DNA of 40,095 bases. Origin: a virus. How positions within the stretch are numbered: position 1 is the stretch's first letter; every line of letters begins with the position of its first letter. Positions 32,135-40,095 of this stretch are shown piece by piece. The DNA is taken from positions 1-40,095 of the IMG/VR virus record IMGVR_UViG_3300038701_001365; one strand, 5' to 3'. A model generated the notes under the pieces. It saw only the letters and a list, made by a program, of their open reading frames with translations, did no database searches and was not told the DNA's origin. A program made the position numbers and the translations under genes.

Positions 32135-32642
32135 TAGTCCTCCTATTATAGGCCTGTTGCTTCGTGGTTGCCCATCTACAGTTAGAAGGCTCATAATTAC
32201 CGTCGTTGTCTATTCGGTCTATAGAGTGTCTAGCTGAGGGTCTTTTTCCCATATCTTCTAGAAAGTTCTCAAAAGAGTTTAACCATCTATCGCATACAGT
32301 AATACCCCTACCTCCCCAGTCCTTATATCTTTTATGATTCGTATTGGTACATCTATCCCTTAAACCTTTCCACGCCGTATATTCTGGCGTTAGGGAAAGC
32401 CCATGTTTAAAGTTGTGGTGACGTGGGCCTTTTAGTAACTTATGTAGCTTGTAAGCACTCTTAGATGCAGTATCCTGTCTAAGGCACCCACAAGACTTTG
32501 TGTGACCTGACTTAATCTTATAATCACTACATATAAATATAACGCCGCACTTACATAGAAACTCTGAGAAGGATTTCCCTCCCTTGCCTCTTTTCACAGT
32601 TTTATTTAATAGAGCTATTACCCTACTACCTTTTACATTCAT
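32115..32642 (-). CDS. HNH-like homing-endonuclease-family protein (paralog 3, long form)
   Basis: CKCG...SCGCL finger plus WGGRGITVCDRWLNSFENFLEDMG...IDRIDNDGNYEPSNCRW. Sits directly upstream of, and overlapping, the polymerase gene. Confidence 0.7.
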   Translation of the reverse strand: MNVKGSRVIALLNKTVKRGKGGKSFSEFLCKCGVIFICSDYKIKSGHTKSCGCLRQDTASKSAYKLHKLLKGPRHHNFKHGLSLTPEYTAWKGLRDRCTNTNHKRYKDWGGRGITVCDRWLNSFENFLEDMGKRPSARHSIDRIDNDGNYEPSNCRWATTKQQAYNRRTNVSKRV

Positions 32643-32651
32643 AATATCCCT

Positions 32652-32816
32652 TTATTTACAAATAACATAATATGTATCATTACCCTTCTTAGTAATCGAC
32701 TTAACACAGGTATTATGTTCTCTTTTACACGTCTTTTTAGATTGCTTAATAACTGATTTATCTACAGGTGTTAATACACTTAAAAACCCTATTAATAATA
32801 CTTTAGTACATATCAT
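32652..32816 (-). CDS. 54-aa Cys/Lys-rich peptide with signal-like N-terminus
   Basis: Not in the ORF track. SD AAGGA. Translation MICTKVLLIGFLSVLTPVDKS... Confidence 0.35.
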   Translation of the reverse strand: MICTKVLLIGFLSVLTPVDKSVIKQSKKTCKREHNTCVKSITKKGNDTYYVICK

Positions 32817-33012
32817 TTTTATATCCTTAGTAATAACCCCGAAGGGCCTAGTCTTTCCTAGGAGTCATTATATACGTAACCAGTAGCTACCTAGCTTTGT
32901 CCCTAATAAGAGGGGAGATTTTACTACGACAGGTAACCTCTAACTGTCCCAACAGAATGTCACTGTTGACCGCTCCCTGTATGTGGCTAGGGATACGCCA
33001 TACTATCTTTTT

Positions 33013-33444
33013 TTATAGAGGTGTAACTTGGTCTACATAGTTAGCCTTCTTAGCCGTTCTAGTTTCTCCATTTACCTCGTATGTTTGTTCTGGCCTAACT
33101 TTTACGGTAATAACCACCGGCTTGCCTGCAATTAGTTCTTCGATATCGATTCTTTCAATTTCACTTAACTCTTGCTTTACGCCAGCAGCGTCTAAGGCCA
33201 TGTTAAGCTTTTTCTCGGCAATTTCTTGAGCTTTAGGTGAGTCCGAGTGTACTACGTTATTTACGTTATAAAATACACCGTAGTCTTTAAACTTTCCTTC
33301 GGTGATAACATACATAACACTAGCGTTACGTCCTGTCCCCTTACTATTCTTTTTCTCTTTATAGAATTTAGCTACAGCTTCATAATCACCTTCTGTGATA
33401 AGTTCGCTAAAATCTTTCTTTGTCATCTCTTTATTTTCGCCCAT
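33013..33444 (-). CDS. Putative ssDNA-binding protein
   Basis: The call rests on position only, between the nuclease and polymerase genes, plus size and a strong SD. No motif was recognised. Confidence 0.3.
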   Translation of the reverse strand: MGENKEMTKKDFSELITEGDYEAVAKFYKEKKNSKGTGRNASVMYVITEGKFKDYGVFYNVNNVVHSDSPKAQEIAEKKLNMALDAAGVKQELSEIERIDIEELIAGKPVVITVKVRPEQTYEVNGETRTAKKANYVDQVTPL

Positions 33445-33473
33445 ATTTCCTCCTATGCGCTTTTGGTTATTAT

Positions 33474-34304
33474 TTAAATTCCTTCTATTGTAAATAGAGA
33501 GTCAAAACCCTCTTTTCTAAACTTCTTAATCAATGCTAAACCTTTTTTATACTTTTGTCTACCATTTTCTATAGTTTCTTTTGTAGCGTAGTACATATTA
33601 GTTTTAAAGTCCGATTTTGAGACAAATACCCACTCAAACTCTATTTCATCTGGACTTATCTTTAATTCTTTAGCTAGTGCGTCAATATATAGGGCAGCAC
33701 TTAAATCATATTCTAGGCCTAATACCACTTCTTTAGTTTTTTTAGCCGTATTACATACCTCTCTACTGGTTTTAACGTCCCTAATAATATGCTTACCGTC
33801 TTTGTCTAACCTATAATCAAACCTTACTTTAACGTCTACGCCCTCTAAATTAGTGAATAAAGATTCTTCTGCATAACCGTCTTGAAACAGTGTATCAGCC
33901 ATAATATATTTTGTTTGAGAGGTATAGATTTTTGTAGTGTTAAAATTACTAAGCATTTCTTGACACATATCGTATTCTTTTTTATTTAATACTTCCATAC
34001 CATTAGCCACAGCGGTCGCCTCAAAAGCTTTAAAGGCATTACCCCTTCTATCCCCGTCCCAAACAGTAAAATCAGTATGGAGTAAGTGCTTTTCGAGCAG
34101 GGCACAATGAATATACGAGCCTATCAAGAGTGCCGTCTTATTCATAGGTTTTGGTGTACCACCCTCGATATAAATTCTGTGATACTCTTTAGGATCTTTC
34201 ATAGCTGTTTTAATCACAGATGACGAGACAAAATTTCTGTCTGCGTGGTAATCATCGTTTGATAGATCTGGTATAAATCCTCTAGTGTTTTTATCTACTT
34301 TCAT
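33474..34304 (-). CDS. PD-(D/E)XK family exonuclease (recombination-type)
   Basis: ...VRFDYRLDKDGKHIIRDVKTS... contains a D...D-x-K core. Size and context fit phage RecE/Cas4-like nucleases. Confidence 0.55.
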   Translation of the reverse strand: MKVDKNTRGFIPDLSNDDYHADRNFVSSSVIKTAMKDPKEYHRIYIEGGTPKPMNKTALLIGSYIHCALLEKHLLHTDFTVWDGDRRGNAFKAFEATAVANGMEVLNKKEYDMCQEMLSNFNTTKIYTSQTKYIMADTLFQDGYAEESLFTNLEGVDVKVRFDYRLDKDGKHIIRDVKTSREVCNTAKKTKEVVLGLEYDLSAALYIDALAKELKISPDEIEFEWVFVSKSDFKTNMYYATKETIENGRQKYKKGLALIKKFRKEGFDSLFTIEGI

Positions 34305-34904
34305 TTATCCTACCTCAGTGTTAAAAGATTTATCTACGCTCCAACCTCTTTTTATTCTAGCGTATAACGTGTTATATTTTATATTTAAGTGCTTTGCCCA
34401 CCTCGACAGGCACTTAGTCTCACCTTTGTATTTTATCTTAAGATTTGTACGTTGGTTTGTAGACTGTGTCTTATTATCTACCCATCTACAATTAGAAGGC
34501 TCATAATTACCATTATTATCTATTCTATCTAAAGAGTGTTTACTAGAAGGCTTTTCTCCCATATCTTCTAGAAAGTTCTCAAAAGAGTTTAACCATCTAT
34601 CACATACAGTAATACCCCTGGCCCCGTAGTTTTTGTATGCCCTGTGGTTTTTATTAGAACACCTCTCTAACATACCTCTAAACGTGTTGTACTCTTTTGT
34701 ATATGTTTTACCATGGGTTGCCATGATCCTAGATAAGGTATTAATCCTCTTACATCCGCAAGACGTTGTGTGCCCTATATTTACTTTAGATGTGACTGCA
34801 CTAAACTCTTTACCACAGTAACAAACATAATCTGACATTAATTTATTGTTACTGTAATGTCTACTACTATTTAGTCTCATTAAGCACAAAAAGGTCTCAC
34901 CCAT
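34305..34904 (-). CDS. HNH-like homing-endonuclease-family protein (paralog 4, long form)
   Basis: CYCG...SCGCK finger plus YGARGITVCDRWLNSFENFLEDMG...LDRIDNNGNYEPSNCRW. ATG 34904 is preferred over TTG 34919. Confidence 0.7.
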   Translation of the reverse strand: MGETFLCLMRLNSSRHYSNNKLMSDYVCYCGKEFSAVTSKVNIGHTTSCGCKRINTLSRIMATHGKTYTKEYNTFRGMLERCSNKNHRAYKNYGARGITVCDRWLNSFENFLEDMGEKPSSKHSLDRIDNNGNYEPSNCRWVDNKTQSTNQRTNLKIKYKGETKCLSRWAKHLNIKYNTLYARIKRGWSVDKSFNTEVG

Positions 34905-35181
34905 TAAAATTGCTCCCAATCTCTAACAGTTTTTTAGCTTGAAATAAAGATAACACTTCCGTATGTGAAATCTCTAATCTATCTACTAATTTAGCAAAGT
35001 TATCTAACGATATATTCCTGTCCCCGCCTTCAATTTTTTGTAAATTTCTGCGGTCCATTTCAAGTATTTCAGCAGCTTGTCTTTGCGACAAACCTTTTGT
35101 ACGTCTACTTTTTCTTACCATGTCTCCTAATCTCTTTTTAATAATAACGGACCTACCGTCTTTATAATTAATATGAGCCAT
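34897..35181 (-). CDS. XRE-family helix-turn-helix transcriptional regulator
   Basis: KGLSQRQAAEILEMDRRNLQKIEGGDRNISLDNFAKL is a typical HTH_3 signature. Confidence 0.8.
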   Translation of the reverse strand: MAHINYKDGRSVIIKKRLGDMVRKSRRTKGLSQRQAAEILEMDRRNLQKIEGGDRNISLDNFAKLVDRLEISHTEVLSLFQAKKLLEIGSNFNG

Positions 35182-35249
35182 TTTTACCTCCCTTAATTAG
35201 TTTTAAATTTCTATTAGACTTTCTTTTATAAAATCTTAAGCAATTTGTC

Positions 35250-35267
35250 AGTATTAGGATAAATACT
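35250..35267. promoter_or_regulatory. Candidate operator AGTATT-N6-AATACT upstream of the XRE gene
   Basis: Perfect 6-bp inverted repeat in the 132-bp gap. On the minus strand it abuts a cTGACA-N15-TATAAA promoter-like element. Confidence 0.3.
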
Positions 35268-35313
35268 AAATTTATATAAAAAACCACTATTAATAAACAT
35301 AGTATGTCTAAAA

Positions 35314-35514
35314 TTAACCCCAACTAGTAACCTCTTTGTAATCTATCTCGTCTATAAACATTTCGGTATCTATAACACCATTATCTAATTTAAATTCCGT
35401 TTTATATATAAAATAATATGTATCTAACCTAGATCCCATGTCCATAGTAACCTCTGTTACCGTATGTTCGTAACCGCCTATGTCTTTAAACTTATCCCCT
35501 ACTTCATATATCAT
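35314..35514 (-). CDS. Hypothetical protein
   Basis: ORF track. Overlaps the primase stop by 11 nt. Confidence 0.5.
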   Translation of the reverse strand: MIYEVGDKFKDIGGYEHTVTEVTMDMGSRLDTYYFIYKTEFKLDNGVIDTEMFIDEIDYKEVTSWG

Positions 35515-37669
35515 GATAAAATACCTCTATCTTCCCTTCAACCTTTTCTGCGGTTGTTTCTATTTGGCCAGCCTCTATCAATTCCTCTAATATACTATCT
35601 CTTACTCTTTTATTCATGGACTGTGTTTTTAGTATAACCTCTTTTTTATTAATTTTAAAGCTATTTTTTACTAAATTTAAAATTAAATGCCTATCTCTTT
35701 CGTGAGGGCTATTAAAAACTAATTCGGACACTATTTTACCTATTTCTTCAAAAAAAGAGTTAATAACATTTCTACCAAACTCTACGTCAATCGTCTCGAT
35801 AGTAGGCACTTTCATATGCTCCCTAGACGCGGCGTGAATTATAACTAATTTAACCATTTGTTGATATAGTCTAGCAGTTATAGGGCCTTCAGTGTTTTGA
35901 ATTGTGTTAATTCTTTTATCATCGAATTCTTTGAACACTTTATCAAGTAATTCATCAGCTTCTTTAGTGGCCTTTAGTTCAGTTACACGCTGATCTATAT
36001 CGTTAATCATAACACCACTTCTATTAGGGGTATAATTTACTAACCATCTTAAATGGTCTAAATCTTTTTGACTTAATTGGGCTTCCTGTTTAACCCTAGT
36101 TGACCTTTCTAGGGCTGAACCTTGAAATATTAAAAATCTACCTAACAAGCCTTTGTCAATAGCTCTTTTAGATACACCCTCTCTAAGCCCTGTGGGAGTA
36201 GTTGACCCTAAAATATTTACATTAGGTCTAAAACAAGCTCCTTTCACGACTAAACCTCCGTCATAACCGGAAGCTACAGCTCGTCCCATGTAGTATGAAT
36301 TACTAGAGGTGTAAAGTTCCGCTAAAACATCCGCCATTTTAGAGTTAAACTCTGATTTACCGCTGTTAATGGTTTTTAGTATACCACCTACCTCGTCCAT
36401 TACGTCTAATCTAACATTTTTAGTGGGTAAACTATCCATTAAAGATGCGTCTGATACATAATCCCCAGCGCCTAATAAATCTTGGGCACCTATTCTTGCT
36501 AAAGTATTTTTAACAAACTCCATAGGGTTGTTTTTACCTGTACCACTATTTGAAACATTGAGGATATATAAATTGGGACTAATACCTTGGTAAACAAATT
36601 TACGACTAGTTAGGGTTGAGAATAAAGCAAGGGAAGCTCCGAACGCTAATTCGGGTTGTTTAATCCAACTATTCTTAAGAATTGTCTGTACTGAATTCTT
36701 TAGAGCAGAAGGGGCAACAAGAAATTCTACTTTTGACTTTCTTTGGCTTTCCTTGCTTTGTGACTTTCCCAACTCACGCTCCTTTTGTGAGTCAATATTG
36801 GATACAGCTTCCATGATAGGTACTATAAATTCTTTATTTTCTCGCATCCTTGCGGTGTTAAAAGAAGTTATATGGTTAGAATAGAACTGTAGTGCATTTG
36901 AATAAGGTTCTATGTGTCTATTTTCTTCCGGGTCTGTAAACAATGGTACTTCATTATTTTGTTTATCGAACTCTATTAAAGATTGAATAGCTTGATCTAC
37001 TGTATGATTGTCGTTAACAATACTTGTTAAATGTTTTGATAAAGCGTCGTTTCTACCGTTTATAACCTTACCGTAACTTTCGCTTACACTACCTCCAAAC
37101 GTGTTTTTTAATAAAATCTCTAGAGATTGTATTAATGCAGGTGGTAATACTGGTAATTCTTCTTTATCTATATCTAGTAAAGTTTTATCACTAGACCATT
37201 TATATGGACTACCGTTAGGATGTATACTAGGGGGTATAGTGGTCTTTTTATCGGTAGATAGTATTTCTAATATTACCTCGCCGTTAAATTTTAACATCTC
37301 AGTCTTTTCTCCACTATATTTAAAAAATCTAGTGAACCTATCACTTTTTGAGGAGACTTTACTAACAGGTGATTTAGGTAGTATGTCCATTTTTTCAAAA
37401 AGTGCTGTTATTTCTGGATTATCGCAATCAAAATCTAATGCTACTATACCGGACCCTTTTCCTAAAAGAAGGGCTATGTTAGATTCCCCTTTAAGGTTAG
37501 TTTCTGTGTAATTAACATATTCTTCTACCTTATCTTTATCTAGCAAGGTATCCGTAGATTTATTCCAACCTGTTATAGCAGGTCTTTTACTCATATACTT
37601 GTCGGGTATTGTACTATAGCCTGCCTTTAAGTATTTATGGGCAAATTCTTTATAATTATTTTTATTCAC
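35504..37669 (-). CDS. Bifunctional prim-pol primase / P-loop helicase
   Basis: N-terminus YLKAGYSTIP...ITGW...NIALLLGKGSGIVALDFD (prim-pol). Central Walker A VSNSGTGKN and Walker B LDVMDEVGG. Confidence 0.75.
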   Translation of the reverse strand: MNKNNYKEFAHKYLKAGYSTIPDKYMSKRPAITGWNKSTDTLLDKDKVEEYVNYTETNLKGESNIALLLGKGSGIVALDFDCDNPEITALFEKMDILPKSPVSKVSSKSDRFTRFFKYSGEKTEMLKFNGEVILEILSTDKKTTIPPSIHPNGSPYKWSSDKTLLDIDKEELPVLPPALIQSLEILLKNTFGGSVSESYGKVINGRNDALSKHLTSIVNDNHTVDQAIQSLIEFDKQNNEVPLFTDPEENRHIEPYSNALQFYSNHITSFNTARMRENKEFIVPIMEAVSNIDSQKERELGKSQSKESQRKSKVEFLVAPSALKNSVQTILKNSWIKQPELAFGASLALFSTLTSRKFVYQGISPNLYILNVSNSGTGKNNPMEFVKNTLARIGAQDLLGAGDYVSDASLMDSLPTKNVRLDVMDEVGGILKTINSGKSEFNSKMADVLAELYTSSNSYYMGRAVASGYDGGLVVKGACFRPNVNILGSTTPTGLREGVSKRAIDKGLLGRFLIFQGSALERSTRVKQEAQLSQKDLDHLRWLVNYTPNRSGVMINDIDQRVTELKATKEADELLDKVFKEFDDKRINTIQNTEGPITARLYQQMVKLVIIHAASREHMKVPTIETIDVEFGRNVINSFFEEIGKIVSELVFNSPHERDRHLILNLVKNSFKINKKEVILKTQSMNKRVRDSILEELIEAGQIETTAEKVEGKIEVFYHDI

Positions 37670-38081
37670 TATCCCCTCCTTTTAAAATTTGATCTAGTTC
37701 TTTATCATGACTATCAAAGTCCCAATAGAAATCATCGCCTTGACATCTGATCGCATCATTCCTTTGCTCTTTACAAACCTTGAGTGCTTTTTTATAGCGG
37801 TCGAGTTCAATCCTAAGGTTTGCGTTTTCATAAGAAGCGTCTAGCTCTTTATGCGCCAAATCGTCAGCTTCTTTTTTCCATGCTTCCAACTCATCTAGCA
37901 AGCGAGGTAAGTCGTTGTGGACTTTACAAATAAAACTGTTGTCCTCATCTGTCATCTCAGAAGGCTTTCCATAAAGTCCGTGACTTTCCATAATAATGTC
38001 TGAGGTCGGCAATATAGTTAACCACTCACCCTGCGTAGTCTTAGCATGAAGCTCCCGAAGCTCTTTAATCAGGTCGGTCAT
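37662..38081 (-). CDS. Hypothetical coiled-coil protein
   Basis: ORF track. Operon context. Confidence 0.55.
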   Translation of the reverse strand: MTDLIKELRELHAKTTQGEWLTILPTSDIIMESHGLYGKPSEMTDEDNSFICKVHNDLPRLLDELEAWKKEADDLAHKELDASYENANLRIELDRYKKALKVCKEQRNDAIRCQGDDFYWDFDSHDKELDQILKGGDSE

Positions 38082-38425
38082 AATAACATGCCAACATAAA
38101 ATAATTTAAAAGCTAAATGTAAAGCTTGATCTGTTTTTATTCCATACCATTTCTCACACTTACCAAAATCAATAAACCAATGTGAAATTGTCTCAACTAT
38201 ACCAACCCATAGAATGCCACCACAAGCAATGTAAGCAGCTCCTCCATGTATTAGCGCGTGTGAGCTTAAAACGAAAGGCCACACTTTTTGCATTGGTCCA
38301 TGCCTGTTAGGGTCGTAACCTTTTGGTGTGGCGTTCCTGTTTTTATTTGTAGCAATAAAATCACTTTGTAATGCATAATCAGCAAGAGCGTGTCCTACTA
38401 AAAATCTAAATAATAAATCAATCAT
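38078..38425 (-). CDS. Membrane protein (DUF3307-like)
   Basis: GHALADYALQSDF...HALIHG...SHWFIDF. Start trimmed to ATG 38425 (SD GGAAGGTG). Confidence 0.45.
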   Translation of the reverse strand: MIDLLFRFLVGHALADYALQSDFIATNKNRNATPKGYDPNRHGPMQKVWPFVLSSHALIHGGAAYIACGGILWVGIVETISHWFIDFGKCEKWYGIKTDQALHLAFKLFYVGMLL

Positions 38426-38729
38426 TTTCACCTTCCTTTTCAAACGGCTTGAGGGAATTAATCATATCCCTTTTCATATACTCAATCTCTGAATAAACAC
38501 ATCCGCTGCCGAACTCATATTCTAACATTGTTTTAAGCAGCCCTATCAACCCCTGAACTTCATCGGTGAGCTTCGTGTACTCTGGTTTTTGAGCGTTTCT
38601 AAAAGCTATTTCAAAGCAAAACTTGTGGTCTTTGTAAACAGAAAGATCACCTTTTTCTTCTATGTCTTTTGCAAACCTGGGGAACGCTCTTTTAAAATTT
38701 CCCTCACAAGCCTTTTCTAATTCAGTCAT
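38418..38729 (-). CDS. Hypothetical protein
   Basis: ORF track. Confidence 0.55.
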   Translation of the reverse strand: MTELEKACEGNFKRAFPRFAKDIEEKGDLSVYKDHKFCFEIAFRNAQKPEYTKLTDEVQGLIGLLKTMLEYEFGSGCVYSEIEYMKRDMINSLKPFEKEGEND

Positions 38730-39150
38730 ATAAAACCTCTCCGTCTAATACAGTAAATCTACATACAGAATTATTTGTGTCAGTTGTACTATATACAGTA
38801 CCTTCCTCAAGTAGTGTTAACCTGGCCGTAGTGGCGTTACCGTTCTGGGCAAAATAGGCAACTAAATCTCCGTTTATATTAAGTACTACTTCTTTATGAT
38901 TACCGGCTAAGTCAGGACATAAAGGTATAATTTCGGTTACACTAGGAGTACCATCTAGACCGTCTACCCCGTTGATGCCATCAATACCATTTACGCCGTC
39001 GTATATCTCCACTTTATCTCCGTTACAACTAATGGTAGTAACACCCCCTTCTTTTTTTAAATAGCATTCTGGCTCCGTAGTAAAGTTACTGTTACTAGAA
39101 CAACCTACTAAACCCGTTGTAATAATTAGTAATATTATTTTTTTATTCAT
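38722..39150 (-). CDS. Lipoprotein with a short collagen-like (G-X-Y)6 segment
   Basis: Signal plus lipobox LLIITTGLVGCSS. GVNGIDGINGVDGLDGTP. Confidence 0.6.
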   Translation of the reverse strand: MNKKIILLIITTGLVGCSSNSNFTTEPECYLKKEGGVTTISCNGDKVEIYDGVNGIDGINGVDGLDGTPSVTEIIPLCPDLAGNHKEVVLNINGDLVAYFAQNGNATTARLTLLEEGTVYSTTDTNNSVCRFTVLDGEVLYD

Positions 39151-39169
39151 CTTATCCCCTTTATTAATT

Positions 39170-39376
39170 TTATTGAAGCCACATAATGTATGAAGCTATT
39201 CCTATTAATACTACCCACGTAGATAGTACCAAACCCCTGAAAAACCCTTGGTTAAAGCCTTCATTGAACATTTTTTCATACTCTAATATTTTTTGCTCCT
39301 CTAAAACCTGGCCTAACATATTCTCGTTGTATCCTCTAGATTCTAATTCGTTTAATAATTCTTTCATATTTGCCAT
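39170..39376 (-). CDS. Small protein with C-terminal TM anchor
   Basis: ORF track. TM segment GLVLSTWVVLIGIASYIMW. Confidence 0.55.
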   Translation of the reverse strand: MANMKELLNELESRGYNENMLGQVLEEQKILEYEKMFNEGFNQGFFRGLVLSTWVVLIGIASYIMWLQ

Positions 39377-39468
39377 TTTATCTCCTGTGTTGTCTTTTAT
39401 AGACTATGTTATTATCTATATATAGTCTAATAATATTAAGTTATAGTGCTTATAATTAATAGTTATAG

Positions 39469-39699
39469 TTACGTAAATTCTTTATCTAAAAAGGCCTGTG
39501 CCAAATGTTCATAGCTTGCCTTAAAGTGTCCTATCTTATTTTGGTCTAGGTGATGTTCAAAGGCCTCTATGCTAATGAAGTTGTAACTATGCCCCGTATT
39601 CCCTATAGGTATTTTAACCCTACCTAAACGATCTACGACTACATACGCACCGTCTATTCCTTTGTACACTTTACCAGTTTTTGTCGATTTATATAACAT
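39469..39699 (-). CDS. Hypothetical protein
   Basis: ORF track. ATG overlaps the stop of the pentapeptide gene. Confidence 0.55.
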   Translation of the reverse strand: MLYKSTKTGKVYKGIDGAYVVVDRLGRVKIPIGNTGHSYNFISIEAFEHHLDQNKIGHFKASYEHLAQAFLDKEFT

Positions 39700-40095
39700 T
39701 ATTTGCCTCCTATTATAATTTTTAATTTATTTTTATTCTCTTTCCACCAATCGAAAGCCTTTTCGTCCATACCAGCTATCTCATCGTCACTAAAATTAAA
39801 CCAATCTTTAATGCTATGTTTTTCACAACCTATTTGCATAATATCTTCACAAATATTTACAATATATGTACCTAATTGTATAGTTTTAATTTCCTTATTG
39901 TTTCCTATAGTGTCATACAGTCTAGCACCTGTTAAATTAGCACCTGTTAAATTAGCGTATGCTAAACTAGCGCCTGTTAAATTAGCACCTTTTAAATTAA
40001 CATGTGTCAAATTAGCGTCTGTTAAATTAGCGTCTGATAAAATAGCATATCTTAAATCAGCATATCTTAAATCAGCGCCTGTTAAATTAGCACCT
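39699..40095 (-). CDS. Pentapeptide-repeat protein, 3' part (bases 40003..40095 duplicate 1..93)
   Basis: The ORF-track TTG start at 40010 is internal. The frame stays open to the window end and joins 197..1. Pentapeptide repeats are followed by a non-repeat C-terminal domain. Confidence 0.8.
   Translation of the reverse strand, partial: GANLTGADLRYADLRYAILSDANLTDANLTHVNLKGANLTGASLAYANLTGANLTGARLYDTIGNNKEIKTIQLGTYIVNICEDIMQIGCEKHSIKDWFNFSDDEIAGMDEKAFDWWKENKNKLKIIIGGK
40003..40095. repeat. 93-bp exact duplicate of bases 1..93 (circular-closure overlap or terminal redundancy)
   Basis: Base-by-base comparison of the two window ends. Confidence 0.95.

Noticed and set aside
1-40095. Search for a phage-encoded sigma54 enhancer-binding protein, sigma factor or RNA polymerase.
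   Set aside because: No ORF shows a GAFTGA-type AAA+ domain, sigma regions 2/4, or single-subunit RNAP motifs by eye. Absence cannot be proven without profile searches, so it is recorded as an open question rather than a feature.

Overview
This window is an essentially complete, AT-rich tailed dsDNA phage genome of about 40.0 kb. It is linearised inside a gene: bases 1-93 are identical to 40003-40095, so the unique length is about 40,002 bp, and a pentapeptide-repeat gene runs across the junction.

Layout. A 1.3-kb non-coding control region (about 4420-5720) separates two divergent arms, which converge near 26640.
- Rightward arm (5.7-26.6 kb, + strand): small terminase, trypsin-like protease, large terminase, portal, scaffold, major capsid, GIY-YIG endonuclease, fibre and tail tubular-type proteins, collar-domain tail fibre, internal-virion-type proteins, and a holin-like protein.
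- Leftward arm (- strand, 4416 down to 194, then wrapping 40002 down to 26662): four cassettes of small early genes, followed by the replication and lysis genes. These are prim-pol/helicase, XRE regulator, PD-(D/E)XK nuclease, SSB-like protein, family A DNA polymerase, DnaQ-like exonuclease, M15 endolysin, PQ-loop membrane protein and a dATP/dGTP pyrophosphohydrolase-like protein.
- The structural gene order is podovirus/T7-like, but I see no phage RNA polymerase.

Most notable observations.
1. Nine exact matches to the sigma54 (RpoN) -24/-12 consensus TGGCAY-N5-TTGCW. All are intergenic and correctly oriented. One precedes each leftward early cassette, and five sit in the control region (three in tandem). 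No enhancer-binding protein is recognisable.
2. A four-copy structured-RNA family. Three copies carry their own near-consensus sigma70 promoter, and the stems are supported by fully compensatory base changes. All copies are transcribed against the flanking genes.
3. At least nine TGACGAA iterons plus a 13-bp inverted repeat at the head of the packaging operon.
4. Two long stop-free ORFs with no canonical start codon. Each has AGGAGG-N6-AT(T/C) instead.
5. Five freestanding homing-endonuclease-like genes.

Functional calls are based on motifs read by eye, with no database search. The host is unknown.
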